64,000 bases of DNA, taken from contig OX597821.1 in the NCBI GenBank assembly GCA_951406725.2, forward strand, positions 20,832,001 to 20,896,000. Direction: 5' to 3'. This document shows, piece after piece, positions 1-12,339 of the stretch (position 1 is the stretch's first letter; the number at the start of each line of letters is the position of its first letter). The notes under the pieces were generated by a model. It did not search any database. It was given only the letters and a program-made list of their open reading frames with translations, and was not told where the DNA came from. The position numbers and the translations under genes were made by a program. This DNA comes from Octopus vulgaris. Lineage: Eukaryota.

Positions 1-61
1 ATGAATAAATACACACACATACACACACACACGCATATATATATATATATATATATATGCA

Positions 62-160
62 TATCGATGAATTAAGTACCAGTTGTATACGGGAGCCGAT
101 CTAATCGACTGGCCCCTCTCCCCCAAAATTTGGTGACTTGTGCCTAGGGTTGAAAAGAAA
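62..160 (+). mobile_element. 3' fragment of tRNA-derived SINE (family B)
   Basis: AATTAAGTACCAGTTG...GATCTAATCGACTGGCCCC...CTTGTGCCTAG matches the 3' half of the family-B copies at 57908-58307 and 287-492. Confidence 0.75.
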
Positions 161-286
161 ACAATATTCACGTTCAGTATTACTTCCAACAAAATTTTGT
201 TCACTCCCATCTTTAGCGCACCAAATCAAGGTCTACCAGCTCTATCATCAATAGTTTACAAACACCTAGTTACATCTTCAAAATAA

Positions 287-492
287 TCTGCCAGAATCGT
301 TTGAACTTCAGCCAAAATATTTAGCAGTATTTCGCTCGTCTTTACGTTCTGAGTTTAAATTCCACTGAGGTCGATTTTGCTTTTCATCCTTTCGGGGTTG
401 ATAAAATAAGTACCAGATGAGCACTGGCGTCGATGAAATCAACTCATCCCCTGCCACAAAATTGCTGGCCTTGTGCCAAAATATCAAACCAA
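287..492 (+). mobile_element. tRNA-derived SINE (family B), decayed
   Basis: TTTACGTTCTGAGTTTAAATTCCACTGAGGTCGATTTTGCTTTTCATCCTTTCGGGG...CCTTGTGCCAAAAT, homologous to 50396-50626. Confidence 0.8.
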
Positions 493-499
493 TAATTGC

Positions 500-1800
500 C
501 ATTATTAGAAACTACGAGTAGAAATTTTATCAGAAATACCACCATCAGTACTAAAGACAAACAATTTTAATAAGATATTACATTTCCATAAAATCTATCT
601 TCAACATTATAACCAACATTTATTCTACAACTGGGAACTACCCCCATTAATGCCATTACTATAGACAAAACTACTACTGTAACTAGAAAGTGCAGCGTCA
701 CAATCGTAATTAACACAGCTCCTAGAACTAGAACGGAAATCCACCCACATTAACACCGAAACTATGGTCAGTACGTCTTCTACAGCTAGAAACTACGACA
801 CCACTAACATTACTTCCTGTACTACCTATTGATGATAGAGCTGGTAGACCTTATTATGGTGCGCTAAAGAGGGTAGTGAACAAAATTTTGTTGGAAGTAA
901 TAGTTACTAATATTACGACTTTAACTTCAAATTGTAATATTTCCAACACTACAATCAATAATATAGTCAAGATTCTTATTACAACGAGAAAATATAGCAC
1001 CGGCGGCACCAGTACAACCAGCACTGCAAACCAAAAACCACAGCACCATGAAAATTTATCCCCAGAACTGTAGCTAACGCTATTCTTGCAATTAGAAAGT
1101 ACAGCACCACCAACACTATCTCCAGCACTATTTTTGTAATAGATATTACAGCTATTCCAGCACAACCACCAGGAATGTGACCAATGCTAGTCTTGCAGCT
1201 AGAATCTACAGAACCACTAGCATTACCGCCTGCGTCGTAGCCTATACTCTTCTTGTAATCACCGAAGATCTCGATGTTCTTAAAATTGTGAGGGCGGATG
1301 CTGTTAGTATTCATTGATCGTAAATTTCCTGAACGATAGTCCAACTAAATCAAAAATAATACAGTCGGAGACATACCACTACAGCACCTCAAATTTTACT
1401 CTCATAATGCCAAGTAATATTTCGACTATAATTAAGGATAGCATCTCCAATACCAGATGTGACAAGTATAATTGACAACACTAAAAATACTACAAGAAAC
1501 ACTATCACTCATACTCATCTCAGTACCATTTGCATCAACAACACACTTCGAACTAGAATTTCCAATATTATTAATTGGATCCCCATCATCAACACAAAAA
1601 ACCATGACCGCCACACGACGGCAATTAGAATCCTTATCCCTAAAACAATCACTATGGCTATCACTGATACCACATCTGAAAATAGAACCATTAACAATAA
1701 CATCACAATTTCTACGATCATATTTTCGCTGCCATCACCGTTAACACTAGAACTATGACCAAATTCACATCTGCCGAATAGAATCACCGACAACAATAAA
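500..1800 (+). repeat. degenerate ACN/AAY-rich repeat with recurring YTAGAA motif
   Basis: More than 12 TAGAA(A/C/T) motifs in an ACTAC/ACCAC-rich background; only short Thr-rich ORFs. Confidence 0.45.
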
Positions 1801-1909
1801 ACTTACCTAAATAAGTCATTTCTTATTGAATATAACAAGTCCGGGAATCTTTTGAAACCACATCGTATATAAGAGCATTTTTATTAGATAAAATGTATAT
1901 ATAGTTTCA

Positions 1910-2060
1910 AGGATGGCTATGTGATAATGAAGTTCACACACTAGCGATGTTGTGCGAGGTGCGGATGCGAGTGCAAGTACGTACCCAGCATCTTTGTCAG
2001 CCTGTCTGCTCCATATCCATGAGAGATTGGTTGATGGAAACTGTGTGGAAGTCTATCGAG
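1910..2060 (+). mobile_element. highly decayed SINE (family A head)
   Basis: GGATGGCTATGTGATAA...GATTGGTTGATGGAAACTGTGTGGAAG resembles the family-A 5' part. Confidence 0.4.
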
Positions 2061-2319
2061 TAGATGTCACTTAATTTAATTTTTGTAGAGCCGATAGAAA
2101 TTGGAAGGAAACAAAGGCTAACTGTTTGCGTATTTCGCCAAGGTTGCTGTATAGAAAAGAATTTGTCATGACGTGAGTAACTATCGGAAAATTATAATAC
2201 TTGTGGTTACGTATTTGAAGGTATAGCTATGAGAGTGTGTTAGTAAGAACAAGGGGATGACAGATTTGTGAAAACAGGATAACATACTTTCACAAACATT
2301 CAGTGAGTATATATGCATA

Positions 2320-2410
2320 CATAGACTGATGTGTGTGTGTATATATATGTATGTATGTATCTATCTGTCTATCTATATATATATATATAATATATAAATA
2401 TATATATAGA

Positions 2411-2453
<43 letters not shown>

Positions 2454-2600
2454 ATATATGCATGTATGTATGTATATATATATACATATATCTTTTTTTA
2501 TACATATATATATGTATGTATGTATATATATATATATGTGCACATATATATATATATATATATATATATCTATGCATGTGTGTATATGTATGTATGTAAG
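2320..2600. repeat. compound (TA)n/(TATG)n/(TCTA)n microsatellite
   Basis: Direct reading; representative of dozens of similar tracts in the window. Confidence 0.95.
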
Positions 2601-3429
2601 TTTTTTTATGTAAATGCATGTATTTATATGCGCCTGCTTTACATCGGTAACCTGACCATTCAATTTTGAAATTTTTATTATGGATATTTCACAAAACCAA
2701 GTTAGTCCTTTATGTTTAATTTGGAACCGTTGCATGTCTTAACCCATCAAATAGATACCTTGCAATACTTATCAGACTATATTCAATACCTTCTTGAAAT
2801 TCGTGTTATCTGGACTGTAGCAAGTATTTCCAATGTCAAAATACTATTGGTAGTCATTCAATATCATTGCTGGAAGACTTTCTCTTGCAATGCATTCTTG
2901 TACTCTAACTGATTTTTCTTTTTAGTCACGTGAGACTATGCAACAATGTGAAATTGGCTGTTCTTATGGAGATTAGTTATCTTATTCCAAGTGAATGTAT
3001 TTTCTCAAGGGTAATATTACAGATACAGTTTCATATTTCATAACAATGTTGTTTATGGGTCTGTACATTTTACGATTAAGATTATTTACACTCTTACTTT
3101 AAGTATATCATAACTTGTTTGTTATTTTACTTTACACGTACTTAGTTGATATTTTAATCTATTTGAAATATTTTCTCCGAGGGCTTTCGATTTCTTCGGG
3201 ATTCTTATGTGTCCAATTCTGTTTAGTTATATATCTTCATGTTTGTCCTGTTACACTTCTATTTTTTTTTTTTTTGCAAATATTTTCCTGGTCATATATC
3301 TCCCTAAAATTATTCCACTTGCTTACTGCAGACGCTTCTGCTTTCTATTCTAGAAAGTTCTAAGTGAAATCTTACTCGGCTGCAGTCGAACTACACATTT
3401 GTTTTGTAAGAACCGTTTTCCCTTTTCAC

Positions 3430-3484
3430 AAGGACAAATTATTCGCTGATGAGAGCGAAACAATTCGTTTCGTTAGTTGTCCTT
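3430..3484 (+). ncRNA. minimal hammerhead-like motif (imperfect)
   Basis: AAGGACAA..CG CTGATGA GAGC GAAA CAATTCG TTT CG..TTGTCCTT: canonical core boxes enclosed by an 8-bp outer stem; stem II is only 1 bp and there is an extra U at the cleavage site. Confidence 0.4.
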
Positions 3485-3699
3485 CGTTTAGATCATCTTA
3501 GTTGCTCTTTAGTTTTTTACCCTTTCCATGTGTTGTAATGTTGTATTACCCCCTCTCTCTCTCTCTTGCTTTTTCTCTCTCTCCACCAATCTCTCTGTCC
3601 CTCTTTGTCACACTTCCTCTTTTATCGCTCTCTGTCTATCATCTATCACACTCCTCTGTCTTTTACTCTTCTTTGTCCTTCCCGCCTACTGACTTATTA

Positions 3700-4050
3700 T
3701 AGATGGCGTTACCTTTCATTCTATTTTCTATATATTGCGTATATTGTTGTTAAATGCTCGAAATACGAGAGTAGTAAAACAGCCAAGAACTGATGAAGGG
3801 TCGTTCTTTATGTTGTTTGTAATGTTTTCCATTTGTGTCGTTCGTTGTTTGAAAAGATAGTTCATATTCCACGTACTCATCCTTTGTATTTTTGCTGTAC
3901 ACATTTCAAGACGTCCTGTGCGCACATATGCATATATATATATATATATACGTATAGATGCAAGTATGTACATATACGTATGTATATACATATATATTAC
4001 CTATATTATAATATGATTGACACGTGTCCTCTTCCAAGTAAGTTTATCTA
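3700..4050 (+). mobile_element. non-autonomous repeat, family P (diverged copy)
   Basis: CGAAA...CTGATGAAGGG...GTCCTGT..CATAT...TAGATGCAAGTATGTACATATA...TCCAAGTAAGTTT shared with 39933-41467, 44610-45860 and 57110-57640. Confidence 0.65.
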
Positions 4051-4060
4051 CACACAAAAA

Positions 4061-4152
<92 letters not shown>

Positions 4153-4154
<2 letters not shown>

Positions 4155-4745
4155 GGTTCAGGAAATATTTAGATTCAGTTGAATATGGTACTTAAGTTAA
4201 AAGCACCAGAATTTGGTATGGTATTATCCATATAATTCAAAACGGTATTATTATAATCAAAATAACCAACAAGGATATCCAAAGGTAATGCAATACGATC
4301 GTTTCATGCGACTCCATTTAATTAAACAATGCAAGTATTACATCAGTTTTAATAATGTAGAGCAATCTTCAGCTGCATATAAATATAGATTCTTTTTTAT
4401 ATTGATTCCATTTACCAACATCACAAAGAGGATAAGTAGGTAGACAGAAAAACAAGTTTCATCAACAACAACATGGTAGTAATTGAAACATATTTCCCTG
4501 TCTTCATGAAACGTGTTTCTCTTTCTACCTCCATACCCTCTTTGTGATGTTGGTAAATGGAATAAGTATAAAAATGAATCTTTTCAATCTTTTCAATTTA
4601 ACTAAATTCTATATTTATATGCAACTGAAGATTGCTCTACATATTAAAACTGATGTAATACTTCCATTGCTTAATTAAGTGGAGTCGCATGCAACGATCG
4701 TACTGCATTACCTTTGGATATCCTTGTTGCTTATTTTGATTATAT
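4153..4745 (-). mobile_element. fold-back non-autonomous PLE-like element in (TA)n
   Basis: Imperfect inverted arms ~4252-4462 and ~4505-4744; the left arm extends to (TA)n at 4153; both arms contain a hammerhead motif. Confidence 0.75.
4288..4378 (-). ncRNA. type I hammerhead ribozyme motif, canonical core, palindromic stem III
   Basis: Minus strand AUGCAG CUGAAGA UUGC..(long loop)..GCAU GAAA CGAUCG UA UUGCAU; 6-bp stem I with one G.U; the mirror copy 4619-4708 (+) has GAAA->GCAA. Confidence 0.7.
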
Positions 4746-4759
4746 ATGTATATATATAT

Positions 4760-5945
4760 AATTTTAAGCATTCCTCCAGGACATGTTTCTGCTCATGCAT
4801 TTTGAGTATTGAAAGTGAAGCAGATTCAGAATAGTTTCTGAGAATAGGCACTTTCAAGTCTTTTTCAAAATTGCAGCCGTTTGAATCAAAATGTTCAGAA
4901 ATTTCTATCGAACGTCTGTTATTGTGCCTGACTTCATATCTGTGCACATTAAATCTTTTCCTTGATTGTTCTGTTGTACAACCAACATAAATCAAGTTGT
5001 GATTCGTGCACTCTACCGCGTACATCAAATGGGAATCTCTACAAGTCCCACCCATAAAATTTCTGCTATGGTTCTTTATGGAATTCACTTGACTCATGTG
5101 GCACAGTGAACGGGGCTTACTTGCGGCTGTTTTTCAAGTTACGGTGTGCAGATACTACAATGTTAGTTTTCTTGCTGTCCGAAATAGGGGTCAATAGATC
5201 TCATATTTTTTTTGTCTAAATCCTATAATAGGCGGTTGAGGAAATATCTGTTTGAAACGAGCATATTTTACCGCAACATGCCGGTAAATGTCAGGCAACA
5301 TTGAGATGCCAGCGAAATTTCAGTGCCAATTAATCACTGTCACTTATTGTATTGTTGCTGAAGTTATGCGTGAAAATGTGACTTTCTTACCTAATGTTAG
5401 ATATTTCATTTGCTATTTCCTTTATTCGTGATTAACTATAACCGAGTTTGACAGAATGGTGTACAAAAGCATTTGCAGATTTCCAGTAATCCCTTATGTC
5501 AGTATAAATCCGTTTTATTCTGAGAAATTGGAATTTCGGATTTGACCAAATTATACGATGTGGATAATTGGAGTGGCGGTGGAGGTAAATGCTGGATAAT
5601 ATGGGCTTGCAAAATAACTCTTTCACTATTCTGCCTCCAGAAGACTTAAATTTCAAAAATTCCAAAACTTCAACGATAGTTTTTGAAAAGCTAGACGTAA
5701 ATTTTATGTTGGACATAAAACTATAGTTTTAGCATAACGGTCAAGATATACTGTGATCCTTCCCAGACAAAATAGTTGCCATCAATGAACCATAAGCAGA
5801 GTATTGGTTCATGACCATGTAGGGATTCGAGTGTCTTCAGTAACTGTGTGTCGAATTTCGTCATGAAGATATTAGCTAAATTAAATGCCATAAGGGTACC
5901 CATGGTATAATCCCACGACTGGTGGTAAAATTTTTATCCAAACGT
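4760..5945 (-). pseudogene. Penelope-like retroelement remnant (RT C-terminal half + GIY-YIG endonuclease), frameshifted
   Basis: ORF pieces MGTLMAFNLANIFM..LWFIDG (RT), IKFT..CKP..YLHRHSNYP..FLRIKRI (thumb), LMYAVEC..IYVGCT..RFNVHR..SEHF (GIY-YIG). Confidence 0.9.
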
Positions 5946-6004
5946 CATTGAAAACTACTGGGCTTCATTTCTGACAGAAGAAAACTAACACAATGAATTG
6001 TGGT

Positions 6005-6378
6005 GCAGTTAGAATTTTCTTCAGTTCGAATAGGCCATCCCACCCAAAGGGCCCTGAATACGGGTTGTTTAAGAATGTTGAAGGAAACAAATATGTTTCC
6101 AAAGGTGAATTACGCAAACCCCCAAATGTCCTCTCAATACATGACTATAATGCTCCTCCACTACTTCTGCTCGTCATCAGAGATGCACATATCGTCAGCC
6201 ACTAGGGACATGCTGCACTGGTTAAGGTCAAATAACTGACAAGCAAATTTGTCGTATTGAGCAGGATATTTGCTGTACTCCATCTTTTATACAAAGACAA
6301 AACAATGTACAAGATAACACTTCCAATCAGTTAAGATGAAAAGCCCTGAAATCACTGTCTGGTACAGCATCAGGGCAT
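6005..6378 (-). mobile_element. ~560-bp (AAT)n-associated non-coding interspersed element, 5' part
   Basis: Reverse complement of ~62604-62980. Confidence 0.85.
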
Positions 6379-6495
6379 TGTTGTTGTTCTTCTTCTTCTT
6401 CTTCTTGTTCTTCTTCTTCTTTTTCATCATCATTATCATCATCGTCATCGTCATCGTCATCGCCGTCGTCATCGTCGTCCTCGTCGTTGTCATCG

Positions 6496-6526
<31 letters not shown>

Positions 6527-6573
6527 ATGATCATCATTATTATCATCATTATTATTATTATTATTATTATTAT

Positions 6574-7043
6574 TGAGTGAGAGAGCAGTTCATGCCATCA
6601 AAGTGACACTGGGGTAAAATATACGAAGCCCAATATACCCATCATGACTACCCGTCTGATAAGGGTACACCAGGCACATGCATCACAACCATATGTGCGC
6701 GACATTGTGATCTGATATCAAGATAAACAGCACATGACCTTGCAGGTGGGGCCCAGTTAGAATTTTCTTCAGGTTGAGTAGCCCATCCCGCTCAAAAGGT
6801 CCCTGAATAAGGGTTGTTTAAGGATGTTGAAAGAACCACCCATGTTTCCAGAGGTGAACTATTCAAACCCCAAAGAATCCCTCTCAACACATAGCTATGA
6901 TGCTCCCCCACTACTTCTGCTCGTGATCAGAGATGCACATATCGTCAGCCACTAAGGGACATGCTCAACTGGTTAAGGTCAAACAACTGACAAGCAAATC
7001 TGTGGTATTGAGCAGAATATTTGCTGTAGCCCATCTTTTATAC

Positions 7044-7044
<1 letters not shown>
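6574..7044 (-). mobile_element. ~560-bp (AAT)n-associated element, 5'-truncated copy
   Basis: Near-identical reverse complement of ~62690-63160, flanked on both sides by (ATT)n. Confidence 0.9.
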
Positions 7045-7082
<38 letters not shown>

Positions 7083-7289
7083 ATTTTGTGTCAACTGTGG
7101 TGCGTTTTATACCTGGAGTTTCATGTCCAGATTTATTTTGCTTATCCGTCTAGCGTATAAATTCCCCTCTTTATGCTTATATAATATTTCTATCCATCCT
7201 CAAGTGTATTGTAAAGTACATTGCATACTGTCTTTAACGTTTCATTGTATTTTATGTCTTTCAGTCTTTGTGGCTATAAAGGAGGCAGT

Positions 7290-7371
<82 letters not shown>

Positions 7372-7680
7372 CTATTATCATCCTCTTCCACTTCCTCTTT
7401 AATTATCATCACCACTGCAACTACCACCATCATCATCATCGCATCACCACTACCACCACCATCATTATCATCTTCACCACTACCACGATTATTATCATCA
7501 TCATTACAACCAGCACCACCATCATCATCATCATCTTCACCATCATCATCGTCGTTGTCATCATCGTCATCATCATCATCATCATCATCACTATCATCAT
7601 CAACAACAACAACAACGCCGTTATCAGCTCCAGCAGCAACAGCAGCAACGGTTAGAAAACCAGCATCACCATCATATACA
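7290..7680. repeat. (ATC)n-derived trinucleotide tract
   Basis: Direct reading; source of the poly-S/I/D ORFs. Confidence 0.95.
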
Positions 7681-7685
7681 TAATG

Positions 7686-7722
<37 letters not shown>

Positions 7723-8154
7723 TCTCTCTTTACTGTTATTGTTATCATTATTATTATCATCATTATTAAAAATATTGCTTTTCTTGCTTTCCATAATATT
7801 TCACAAGCAAACTGAACCGTGAGATATTGCACTAAATTTACCACGAAATGTTATCATGTCATATAGCACTAGCTGGGTGATACAGTTTCTAGCCGCCATT
7901 TAACCAATAAACACGTCATCGATAATGACATTTCAACCCAGTCATGCATGTATCGATATTTAACCTCACTGTTGCACCTTTGTCACATTGAAGCATACAT
8001 ACAATTTTGTTGCAGCCCGCTATCGCTACTAAACTTCCCCTCTCTAGAACACATCATGCTTTCTTTCTCACGCTCTCCTGCAAATTATCTCTCAAGCTCT
8101 ATCTATATCTCTGCGTCTATCTCTTCGTCTATCTAAATTTGTAGCATTTTCTCT

Positions 8155-8199
<45 letters not shown>

Positions 8200-8339
8200 A
8201 TCTCTCTTTCTACCCCCTCTCTTTCTTTCTCTCACTTCTCTCTCTCTCTCTCAATTGAGCACTTATAAAAATTTAACTGCTTTTCATTCATACGGACATT
8301 ACATTGACGGGAATCAATAAAAATGCTTACCAGTCTGCC

Positions 8340-8635
<296 letters not shown>

Positions 8636-9257
8636 GTTAGCTAGCTGTCCACCCTCTTATTTATCTACGTACCAGTATTTCTATGTATGACCCTATCTCT
8701 ACCCTCTTATCAATCGATATAGCAGATTTTCACTTACTCTCTCCTCTCTCTCTCTCTCTTAAGCGCGCACATACAAACACACACAATGGCCCCTTCCATG
8801 TACACGGACCCGCAGCCCCCTCCGACATATTTCATAAATACATATAGAGTAGGCTAATGGATATGGCTTTGGACTCACAATCGGAAGCTTGTGGGTTTGA
8901 TTCTTGCACCGCACAACATTTCTGTCCTTTAAATAACAATCCCATTACACGCTTGTTCAATCTATTCGAGGCAGTCCCCTATCCTACGAGCCGTCACATC
9001 TTGGCTATCTTAATGAATTAAGTGTGAACGGTGAGCAAGCTGCTAACATGTCTAGGTACGTCGAGGCTATATATGTACATACAACTATGAGTGATTGATT
9101 GATACAAATTACCACATGATACAAGCTTCAGAAAAAGCAAATTGTTGCGATCCTGTGTACATATTCATACATACAAGCACGATTTTACACACAGTGGTGT
9201 ATTGATATATATATATATATATGTATGTGTATATATATATATATAAGTTTCTATATT

Positions 9258-9318
<61 letters not shown>

Positions 9319-9323
<5 letters not shown>

Positions 9324-9618
9324 CGTGACCGACCAGGCTATCAGTTGCTGTTACACATCGCTGGTCACAATGCGTTCGCATTGTTTTAGCCTTCGAATGA
9401 CGCCACCCCGCTGGCTAAGCGAGCAGGCCAACAGAAGAAAGAGTGAGAGAAAGAGTACAGCAGGGATCACCCCCCCCCCCCAACCACTGCCAGTGCCTCG
9501 TGGAGCTTTTAGGTGCTTTAGCTCAATAAACACACACAACGCCCAGTCTGGGAATCGAAACCGCAATACTACGACCGCGAGTCCGCTGCCCTAACCACTG
9601 GGCCATTGCGCCTCCACA
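9319..9618 (-). mobile_element. tRNA-derived SINE (family C)
   Basis: Minus strand GGCGCAATGGCCCAGTGGTTAGGG (A box)...GGTTTCGATTCCC (B box); homologous to 37164-37462 and 52135-52424. Confidence 0.9.
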
Positions 9619-9661
9619 AATAAATAAATAAATAAATAAATAAATAAATATATATATATTA

Positions 9662-9695
<34 letters not shown>

Positions 9696-9704
9696 ATGTG
9701 TATG

Positions 9705-9751
<47 letters not shown>

Positions 9752-9789
9752 TCGTACTTGAGTGTGTATAGGGTATTTGTTTAATATAT

Positions 9790-10370
9790 TTTATAGCAAT
9801 GGCTTTGATGGATATTGATCTAGGCATCTCCTTTTATTTGTACGTAATTAGTGAACGTTCTTAACGAGATTTACTGTTCCAGTAATCATTAATAGGCTTG
9901 TTTTGGGGGTAGGATATTATGTTTGTGATATGAGGTTGATTGCAAAAACAGAGAATCTAGTTGTCTATATTAATTATATTCGTCTGTATCTCCTTTTTGG
10001 AACTAGTTCTCTGCTATTAGTACTATTTGTTTAATCTGATGGTGTTCCTTGTAGGTTTAATCTGTGGATTCCCAGGCAGAGCTTATATTTTTAACGCTGT
10101 GGACATCACCTAATTGAATGGTTCTGCACAAGTTTCGAAACCATGTGCTATCCCTTTCGAGAGCTGATGATGTGAATGCATATATTTTATGCTAAAATGG
10201 GAAATTCTTTTATACAAGTTTCGTTATTTTGAGCTCTTCACCCTTGTAACGTAGAGAGCGTTTCTAGGTTCGTAGCTGGTAGAGATCACTTCGTTTGGTA
10301 GTGTTCACTTTTCTTGAAAGATAATGTAAATCGGCTTGAATTATACTTAGATATTGGTGTCTAGATTTGA
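9790..10370 (-). pseudogene. possible highly decayed Penelope-like RT fragment
   Basis: Minus strand CAGCTCTCGAAAGGGATAGCACATGGT (Q..GIAMG-like) followed by CCACAGATTAAACCTACA (PQIKFT-like); no open frame. Confidence 0.35.
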
Positions 10371-10408
10371 GAGATTCTGTGGAAAACACACACACACACA
10401 TATATATA

Positions 10409-10785
10409 CTCTTTTACTTGTTTCAGTTATTTGACTGCGGCCATGCTGGAGCACCACCTTTAGTCGGGCAAATCGACCCTGGACTTATTCTTTGTAAGCC
10501 CAGTACTTATTCTATCGGCCTCTTTTGCCGAACCGATAAGTGACGGCAACGTAAACACACCAGCATCGGTTGTCAAACAATGCTAGGGGGACAAACACAG
10601 ACACACATACACACACACATATATAGGCCTCTTTCAGTTTCCGTCTACCAAATCCACTCACAAGCGCATTGGTCGGCCCAAGGCTATAGTAGAAGACACT
10701 TACCCAAGGTGCCACGCAGTGGAACTGAACCCGGAACCATGTGGTTGGTAAGCAAGCTACTTACCACACAGCCACTCCTACGCCT
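10409..10785 (-). mobile_element. tRNA-derived SINE (family A)
   Basis: Minus strand GGCGTAGGAGTGGCTGTGTGGTAAG...GGTTCAGTTCC...CCTTGGGTAAGTG...CAGTCAAATAACTGAAACAAGTAAAAG. Confidence 0.9.
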
Positions 10786-12022
10786 TCATACCTAGACATA
10801 TATATACAATTCTTAAATAAAAAGGTTATTGACAGCGACTTTGAGGTTTCAGCCTGAATAATAAACTTGTGCCCTACAAAAGTATAGAGTAACCTTTTAG
10901 ATTAAGATAAAATTGGTTTTATTATAAGTGAACATAAAAAAAGTGAACATAGCAATATATATGTGCGGGTGTGTGCGTGCGTGTGTAAATATGTTCGATA
11001 ATGAATGATTACTACCAAAACAAACATAGGTATGCGAATGGATACACACATTGTATAAGTATATATAACTGTGTGTGTGTGCATGTGTGTGTGAATGTTT
11101 ATGTATGTGGTTGTGTGTAATATGTATATGTATGCAAGTATCTATTACTGACTTGCATATTATCACTCATACACACGCTTGCATATATATGTATCCATGT
11201 ACATTTATATTTATGTGATCTACTTCCTTCCATGTTGCCACATGTTATAGCATTTTTTCAGCTTTAGGGCAGCTAAACTATTCCCACATATATTTAGGAA
11301 AATGTCACATGCTTATACTTCTCCAATCGTTTGTGTGTTTGCAGGGAGATTTCCAGATAACCATCTGCTGCCATGAACGCATACATGTTACCGCTAGCGC
11401 ACATGCATCATTCTATTTAGATCTAAATAGTGGACGCAGTTCTAAACAACTGAACATTTTAATACTTGAGTGACAATTATTTGCACCAGCTTCTATTTCA
11501 TATATATTCATGATTGATACAGATGTGCGAGACTGTGGGCATCTAATCGTTTCGTATATCGTGATATCCCTTTATAAGCTACGTATTTCACGAGGTGTTT
11601 GCTATTTATGCAGGTAAAGCGAGAACGAAGCGGTTGTCACAAACACACACATATACACACCCGCACAGACTTACATATACACACACGTTCACATATTGAC
11701 TCAAACAAACATTCAATCACAACACATACAAACGCACCTATATACCCACAACAAACAGAGATATGCAGAGGCTCACGTGTCGACCAAATGTGACCCAAAT
11801 CATATCTAACAGGTCATTTTTAAGTCCAGACGTGTCGTATTATAGCTCAGTCAAATAGGGAATTATTGTTGATTTCGATCTATTGAAAATATATATTATT
11901 ATTTGTCCGGTGTTCCTTGAAGAAATTTGTCATATACCACTTGAAGGTTATGGATAACATTCTTCATTCTGCTTCAGTTTGATCTGGATAAATAATAAAT
12001 AAGCAGAGCGGATACATATATG

Positions 12023-12140
<118 letters not shown>

Positions 12141-12297
12141 AACTGAGAGACAGAGAGAAACAGAGAGAGAGAGAGAGAGGGGGGAGAGACATTTGGAAAG
12201 ATGCATATATATGCATTATACATATTACATATGTTTATGTATTGATGTAAATGTATTCATTTGCATATATATATATATATATATAAATGTACATATA

Positions 12298-12331
<34 letters not shown>

Positions 12332-12339
<8 letters not shown>

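Noticed and set aside
2290-2735. [12 protein letters not shown] and LSIY ORFs here and throughout the window
   Set aside because: Di- and tetranucleotide repeats
2630-3300. Possible decayed PLE GIY-YIG region on the minus strand (NFKIEWS-like)
   Set aside because: Only one weak peptide resemblance and no continuous frame
7123-7844. Poly-Ser, poly-Ile and poly-Asp ORFs (also 31707-32412, 44151-44458, 62002-62637, 63055-63405)
   Set aside because: Translations of trinucleotide microsatellites
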